Source of the DNA: Vulcanimicrobiota bacterium
GTDB lineage: Bacteria > Vulcanimicrobiota > Vulcanimicrobiia > Vulcanimicrobiales > Vulcanimicrobiaceae
Assembly (NCBI GenBank): GCA_963777315.1
Contig: CAVZQC010000002.1
Coordinates: 192,001 to 256,000 of the forward strand
Direction of reading: 5' to 3'
Length of the DNA stretch: 64,000 nt
In this document: positions 58,708-64,000 of the stretch, one piece after another
Numbering within the stretch: position 1 is the stretch's first letter
Layout of the letters: every line of letters begins with the position of its first letter
Translations under genes and position numbers: made by a program
Notes under the pieces: model-generated
What the model was told of the DNA's origin: nothing
Databases searched by the model: none
The model's input: the letters and a program-made list of their open reading frames with translations, nothing else

Positions 58708-59631
58708 ATGCAGACGATAGAGCGCCGAATGGACGTGCGAACCATGCCGCCGCCGCAGCGGCATGCGGGGATATTGCGCGCTTTCGACGGCCTCGCCGAC
58801 GGTCAAAACCTCGTGGTCGTCACGGACCACGACGCCCGCCCGCTGCACATCGAGCTCGAGCAAACCCGCCGTTCGACGTATGCCTGGTCACAGCGGCGGT
58901 TAGGCGAGCACCACTGGGAAATCGTGCTGCGCAAAATGCGCCCGCCGCTGGGCGACAGCGCATCGTGCATGGATCGCTCGCCGGTGTTTGCGCACGGTTC
59001 GCCGGCTTCGATAGCCGCGCTCGCGCCGCAAGCTCGGCGCGCGATCATCAAACGCGATCGCGCCGTGGTCGAACAAGGCATCGCGTGGCCGTACGTCGGT
59101 CTGGTTGAAGCGGGAATCGTGCAAGCCGTTCTGGCCAGCGACAGCGGGCGCGAGCAGGTGCTGTTCGATGCGCTTCCCGGCGACGTGTTCGGTGAAGCGG
59201 CGCTGATCGACCGCGGGCCCACGCTGGTGCGTTACATCGCGCAAACTGCGGGCACTACGGTGCTGCTGTTTCCGGTAGAGGCGGTGCGCCGGCAGTTCCA
59301 AGCGGATCCCGCGCTGTTTGGCGCGCTGGCGGATCTGAACGCACAGCACACGCGCGCAATTCTTGATCGCTTCGCGCTTTTGCTCGCTCAGCCGGCGGCT
59401 GCGCGCATCGCCAGCGTTTTGCTTTCGTATGCGGCACCGGCGCAGGGTCTTTCACCCGCATTGCCGCCGCTTCCGACGATGACGCAGACCGAAATCGCCA
59501 GACTCGCCGGCACGATAAAAGAGATCGTCCAGCGGCTGCTTCCCAAATTCGAAGCGGAAGGCGCGCTGCGCCGCCAAGGCGGACGCATCGTCGAAGTCGA
59601 CCGCGGCAAACTCGTGCAGCTGGCTTCTTAA
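58708..59631 (+). CDS. Crp/Fnr family regulator with N-terminal DUF2249-like domain
   Basis: DVRTMPPPQRHAGILRAFDGL..G..LVVVTDHDARPL..W (DUF2249-like); cNMP domain GREQVL..PGDVFGEAAL; HTH MTQTEIARLAGTIKEIVQRLL. Confidence 0.88.
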   Translation: MQTIERRMDVRTMPPPQRHAGILRAFDGLADGQNLVVVTDHDARPLHIELEQTRRSTYAWSQRRLGEHHWEIVLRKMRPPLGDSASCMDRSPVFAHGSPASIAALAPQARRAIIKRDRAVVEQGIAWPYVGLVEAGIVQAVLASDSGREQVLFDALPGDVFGEAALIDRGPTLVRYIAQTAGTTVLLFPVEAVRRQFQADPALFGALADLNAQHTRAILDRFALLLAQPAAARIASVLLSYAAPAQGLSPALPPLPTMTQTEIARLAGTIKEIVQRLLPKFEAEGALRRQGGRIVEVDRGKLVQLAS

Positions 59632-60086
59632 AGCGCAGGCTCGTGCTCGCGCCGCTCGATCTCCCACTCGCGCTCGACGTAGCTTTTCACTTCGTCCAAA
59701 AAACGCTCGACCGTGCGCTGAGCGATGTGCCTGCCGACGATCGCGTCGAATATTCGTCCGAGCAGGCCCAGCGGGGCCGCATACCTGCCCTCCATGCGCA
59801 GCTCCGTCACGGGTCCATTCGGACGCACCGTAATCAAGCCCGTCATCGCCGGCAACGGGAACCACGAGCGGGCTTTCCAGCGAAGCAAGGCGGCTTCGTG
59901 AAGGCGCGTCGTATCGGTGTGGTCCGGAACTTCGACCAGTTCGCACTGCACGCCGGCGCGCAGATGCTCGGATGGACCCACGCTGTGGCGGGCACCCTTG
60001 GCGTGAAAGCGTTGAACCATTTCGATAGCGGCGCTGAACGGGCAGCGCACGTCGCGCTTGGCAAAAATCGCGGTCACGGCGTCCAC
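59628..60086 (-). CDS. Hypothetical protein, SRPBCC/START-like fold
   Basis: LRWKA..P.MTGLITVRP..TELRMEGRYAAPLGLLGRIFDAIVGRHIA pattern; GTG start after GGGGG. Confidence 0.7.
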   Translation of the reverse strand: MDAVTAIFAKRDVRCPFSAAIEMVQRFHAKGARHSVGPSEHLRAGVQCELVEVPDHTDTTRLHEAALLRWKARSWFPLPAMTGLITVRPNGPVTELRMEGRYAAPLGLLGRIFDAIVGRHIAQRTVERFLDEVKSYVEREWEIERREHEPAL

Positions 60087-60447
60087 TCTACCCCCAAAGC
60101 GGCCTGCCGCCAACGACTGCGGTGGCCGCCGCCTGCCGTTGGGCCTAACGACCTATCGCGGGGGCGATAGGCCTGCCCCAAACGGGTATAATAGCCAGTC
60201 CTGGGGGTGTTTCCATGAACGCGCAGCGACCCGGCATAGTCGTTTCGGGCTCTATCCAAACCGCACTGGCCGCACATCGGCGGATACATGTGGCGGTCTT
60301 TGACTGTTCCCCGCGCTTTCGCATCTTTCGCGGCCTGCGCATCGTTGCGCGTCCGGTCTGCTTAAAGCACCGGCGGTTGAGTCTGATCCTGCGCTGTCAT
60401 TGGCACATCACGCGCTCGCACAGCTCTTACAGCCGCGCCTCACTCCA

Positions 60448-60480
60448 AGAACGGGCCGGCGCATCGCGCCGGCCCGTTCT
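60448..60480. terminator. Strong hairpin, probable terminator downstream of the S53 peptidase
   Basis: AGAACGGGCCGGCGC-ATC-GCGCCGGCCCGTTCT perfect 15-bp inverted repeat. Confidence 0.75.
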
Positions 60481-60499
60481 GCATGGGACCGATTGCGCG

Positions 60500-62870
60500 T
60501 TAGAGCGCGTTTGCCAGCGTCCAGCCTTTGGGCGCGCCGATCCCGGTCACCAGATCGTAGCCGGTAACCGCGTTGTACGCACCGTTGGTGCCGGACGTGA
60601 CGTCGGTGTAGTCGGAGTAGGCTGCGTTTTTGAACGCCGTGTACAGATTCGGATTGACGAATCCGTAGTGCGTGTTGCGTAGCTGGTTGACTTCGGCCAT
60701 GAAGGCGACGAATTCGGGCGACGACCACGACGTGCCGTCGACCTCCAACCATCCGCCTTGCCCGGCCGCGTATACCGCGACGCCGACGCCCGGGAGGGAA
60801 ACGTCGGGCTGATTGCGTCCGGACGAATGCACGCCCGAAACGCCCGACTGGTAACTCGGCAGCGCGAACACCGTCGAAACGCCGCCGCCGGATTGGAAGC
60901 CGTTGCCCGAATCGCTGCCGGCGGTGATGCTGGTGAGCGCACCGGTAGAGCTGTTGCTCGTGAAGTTCACCGCGCCGACCGAGACGAAATACGGGCCGCC
61001 CGCCGGAGCGCTTACGCCCAGCGAACCGCTGCATTCGTTGCTTCCCGAGTCGCCCGAAGAAGCCGAAAACGTCATCCCCTTGGATGCGGCTTGCTGCGCG
61101 ATCGAATTCGTCGTGTTGGCGAACGACGTGTCGCCCGATTCGCAGCCTCCGAACGAGGAGTTGACCACCGTCGCGATACCGTCGGAAACGGCCGTGTTGT
61201 ATCCGTCTTCGATGCTTTGATCGCTCAGATCGGGGAAGTTGTAGACGCGAATGTTCGCGCCCGGCGCAAGACCCGCTATCGTTTCCACGTCCAGCGCAGT
61301 TTCGACGTAGTCGCTGCTCGAGGAGTTGCCTCCGCCGTCAACGGCGACGTTGGTGATGGTGCCCGTATGCGAAACGCCTGCGGAGCTCAAATACGTGCTC
61401 ACGTCGCCGGTGTTGATCGGCGTGTCGATCTCGACCGCTACCGTTTGGCCCGCACCGTTGCAGCCGTGCTGCACGGGATAGTCGAACGCTTTGGCTACGC
61501 CGGTAGCGTACCAGCCGTGCGAACCGCTCAGCGGACCGCCCAGTGCAGCCGCGCCGTTACAGCCGCCCGGCGCCGGTGTCGGGCTGTTGGTCGGTTTGGG
61601 CGTGGGGCTTGGCGAGCCCGACGGTTTGGGTGTAGGAGACGGAGAGTTCGTCGGCTTGGGCGTGGGCGTTGACGTGGGCGAAGGCGTCGGCGTCGAGGTG
61701 GCGCCCGAAAGGCTGACGTCGTCGACGAACTGCTGGGTGTACAGATAACGGTAGCCGTCGCCGTGCACGCCGAAATACAGATAGTAGGTTTGACCGGCGT
61801 AGGCGCTCACGTTGTAGACTCTTTTGCACCCAGCCGGCCTGATTGTTGACGCTGTAGTAGAAGTTCTGCACGACGTTGCCGCTGCCGTCGAGCAGGTCGG
61901 CTTCCTGCCACGCGTACGTCGTGTCGGTTTCGTCGGAGAGCTGATAGACGTAGAAGGTGAGCACGCCGCTAGCGGGGATCGTGACCTGCTGGCAGACGCC
62001 CGTGTCGCCGTTCGGCTCGCTGCTGCCGTTTCCTGATTTTTCGTCGTAGCGGCCGGTGTGCGGATGCGCCGTCGTCACCGACGCGTTAATGTTGCCGCAT
62101 TGGATCCAGCCGCCGTTGACGCGGCCGGTTTCGAAGCCCGGATTGAGCAATACGTTCCCGGCCGAGGGATGCACGGCCGTCGTACGCCGCGCAGAAAACG
62201 CCGGAACGCTGATGCGCGAATCGACGGCATGCCGGGCGGAATCCGCGCCGGTATGCACGACGATGAGGTCGTTGAGCGAGACGTCTTTGATGTAGTCCGC
62301 GATGCGCGAGGGAATCGTGGGCGCTTTGACGTTCATGTAGCGGCGCCCGAATTTCCCTTGGCTGACCGTATGCATCTGCGTGCTGAAGAACCGTTCGACC
62401 GCCGAACTGGGCGCAGTTGCATCGACGATGGTGCGATTGTCGAAGCGGTGCGTGATCGTAAAGCCCGCAGCGCGCAACGCATCGACGACCGCGGTTTCCT
62501 GCGCTGCCGTAGGCGCGTAGTAGCCGTTGAATTGAGCGGTCGTCAGATAATGATGGTACATGCCGGAAAGCCGGTCGCTTTGTTCGCGTACCAGCTCGTC
62601 CAGTTGCGATTGATGATTATAGCGCAACGTCACGGCGACGTTGACGGGTTCGTTCGCTGAACGCCGGCCGAGATCGCTGATGGCCAAACGTCCGGTGGGA
62701 TGCGGGACGGCGCCGATGACCGCTTGGGCCTGGCTTTCGGTGGTCGGGCCCGAAGAATTGCCGGAAGGCCCAGCGCCGGCGATAGGCGGGACGGAAGAGT
62801 GCCCTCCGCATGCGGACAGCGCCATACCGATGCATAGCAAGGAAGCTGCCGCCCTAAAGGTTGATCGCAT
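60500..62870 (-). CDS. Sedolisin (S53) family peptidase lipoprotein with pro-domain and inserted jelly-roll domain; single +1 frameshift at ~61818
   Basis: Lipobox ALSA-C; pro-kumamolisin domain (YHHYLTTAQF..YAPT); NVLLNPGFETG..GWVQKS | YNVSAYAGQTYYLYF; catalytic ETALDVE, SSGDSG, DGTSWSSP, GYDLVTGIG. Confidence 0.88.
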
Positions 62871-63026
62871 AAGACTCCTCGCGTGGGTGCAGTGCAACAA
62901 CGGAAAAGACCAACGTTTTCTGGAGCCGCCTTCAGCGCCTGCAGCCTGCTCCAGGGTCAAGCAAATCCGTGCCCGGTACTACTGCGCAGGCCGCTAAAGT
63001 CCGATACAAGAACTGTGCGATTTGCA

Positions 63027-63500
63027 ATGAGGAAGCTGCTGGGTTCGGTTATGCTTCTCGGGCTGCTCTACGGATGCAGCGGAAGCGGCTATTTGCCGTA
63101 CGCGCCCAACGCGCTTACGCCCGGCCAGCTGCAGAGTTTGATAGATTCGGCCTCGGACCGCAACGACGTGGCGCCGGGACTGGTCAACGCCGTCGTCATG
63201 GCCGAGTCCGCAGGCGATCCTTCCGCTGTCAGCGTCGCGGGCGCGCAAGGGCTCATGCAGCTCATGCCGGGCACGGCAGCGTCGTGCGGCATCAGCAATC
63301 CCTTCGATCCCGTGCAAAACGTGGACTGCGGAACGCGCTACCTGCACGAACTGCTGCAGCGCTACAAGCAAAATGCGACGCTGGCGGTCGCGGCATACAA
63401 CGCCGGCCCGGGTGCGGTCGATCAGTATCACGGCGTTCCTCCGTACGCGGAGACGCGCGCGTACGTTTCGCGCGTTTTGACCGCATACCGGGACTACTAG
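63027..63500 (+). CDS. Lytic transglycosylase (SLT domain), probable lipoprotein
   Basis: LYG-C lipobox; AESAG, GAQGLMQLMPGTA, AAYNAGPG, PPYAETRAYV. Confidence 0.93.
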   Translation: MRKLLGSVMLLGLLYGCSGSGYLPYAPNALTPGQLQSLIDSASDRNDVAPGLVNAVVMAESAGDPSAVSVAGAQGLMQLMPGTAASCGISNPFDPVQNVDCGTRYLHELLQRYKQNATLAVAAYNAGPGAVDQYHGVPPYAETRAYVSRVLTAYRDY

Positions 63501-63520
63501 GCTCAGCGAAAGCCGGAGCA

Positions 63521-64000
63521 ATGGCCTCCGTACCCGGAACTCGCGCGGCGCCCATCGGCCTGCTGCGCCAACTGCGCTTGCCGATTCTGGATTCCTACGT
63601 CCTGCGCGAATTTTTGGCGCCGTTCGTATTCGCATTTCTGGCGTTCTTTTTGTTCTGGGCGTTCAACATATTTTTTCTGGCGGCAAAATACCTCATCACG
63701 CAGAACGCCCCGTTCTTTCTGGTCATGCGCTTCGTCGTGTTTCGGATTCCGCAGTCGATTCCGATGGCGTTCCCGTTCGCGACCCTGTTCGCAACGCTGC
63801 TGGGCATGGGGCGCCTCATGGCCGATAACGAGGTCAACGCCATCCGCACGTCGGGAGTGTCGCTCTGGCGTTTGTCGCTTACGCCGTTCATCTTCGGCGC
63901 GTGCGCGTTTCTTCTGGCTTACGGCATGAACGAGTACATCGCGCCCAAGGCAGTCGATCTCTCTACGCGCACGTTCTATCAGATCATCTATCACACCGCG
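63521..64000 (+). CDS. LptF/LptG family LPS export permease, N-terminal part; runs off the right edge
   Basis: Not in the ORF track; reads ILDSYVLREFLAPF...PMAFPFATLFATLLGMGRLMADNEVNAIRTSGVSLWRL..NEYIAP. Confidence 0.9.
   Translation, partial: MASVPGTRAAPIGLLRQLRLPILDSYVLREFLAPFVFAFLAFFLFWAFNIFFLAAKYLITQNAPFFLVMRFVVFRIPQSIPMAFPFATLFATLLGMGRLMADNEVNAIRTSGVSLWRLSLTPFIFGACAFLLAYGMNEYIAPKAVDLSTRTFYQIIYHTA

Noticed and set aside
58690..58710. Crp/Fnr-like box TGCGA-N6-CGTCA between fdx and the regulator
   Set aside because: Only a partial match to either consensus; not supportable without comparative data.

Overview
High-GC bacterial chromosome segment. The gene style points to Candidatus Eremiobacterota/Vulcanimicrobiota (WPS-2), but that is my inference, not a search result: carboxypeptidase-domain TonB-dependent receptors, AAA-TPR-LuxR regulator, PT-linker proteins, LptF/G, copper-amine-oxidase stalk domain, CIRCE elements. 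Left to right it holds two divergent TonB-dependent receptors, a CIRCE-controlled hsp20-lon operon, a coupled pair of uncharacterised Pol-beta-type nucleotidyltransferases, and a giant OB-like/LamG/Ig/PT-linker surface protein. Next is a probable peptide-scavenging locus (LuxR-STAND regulator, TBDT, flavoprotein, S9 peptidase, secreted cyanophycinase-like S51 peptidase, APC permease), then tandem CHRD-like lipoproteins, groESL with two CIRCEs, alr, and citrate synthase with a hisA-like gene. The right part has the dcw cluster mraZ..ddl, a Fic/GNAT islet, copA-ferredoxin with a DUF2249-Crp/Fnr regulator, an S53 peptidase, a lytic transglycosylase and the start of lptF/G. Most notable: (1) a CofE (F420:gamma-glutamyl ligase)-like gene translationally coupled between murF and mraY, a candidate peptidoglycan-precursor amide ligase; (2) all three frameshifts in the window are repaired by deleting the middle base of AGTCT to give AGCT, which suggests a DNA-modification-driven sequencing signature or a targeted mutational process; (3) the nucleotidyltransferase pair; (4) a HisA homologue lacking the loop-6 catalytic Asp. 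I recognised no rRNA, tRNA, CRISPR array, transposase or prophage.
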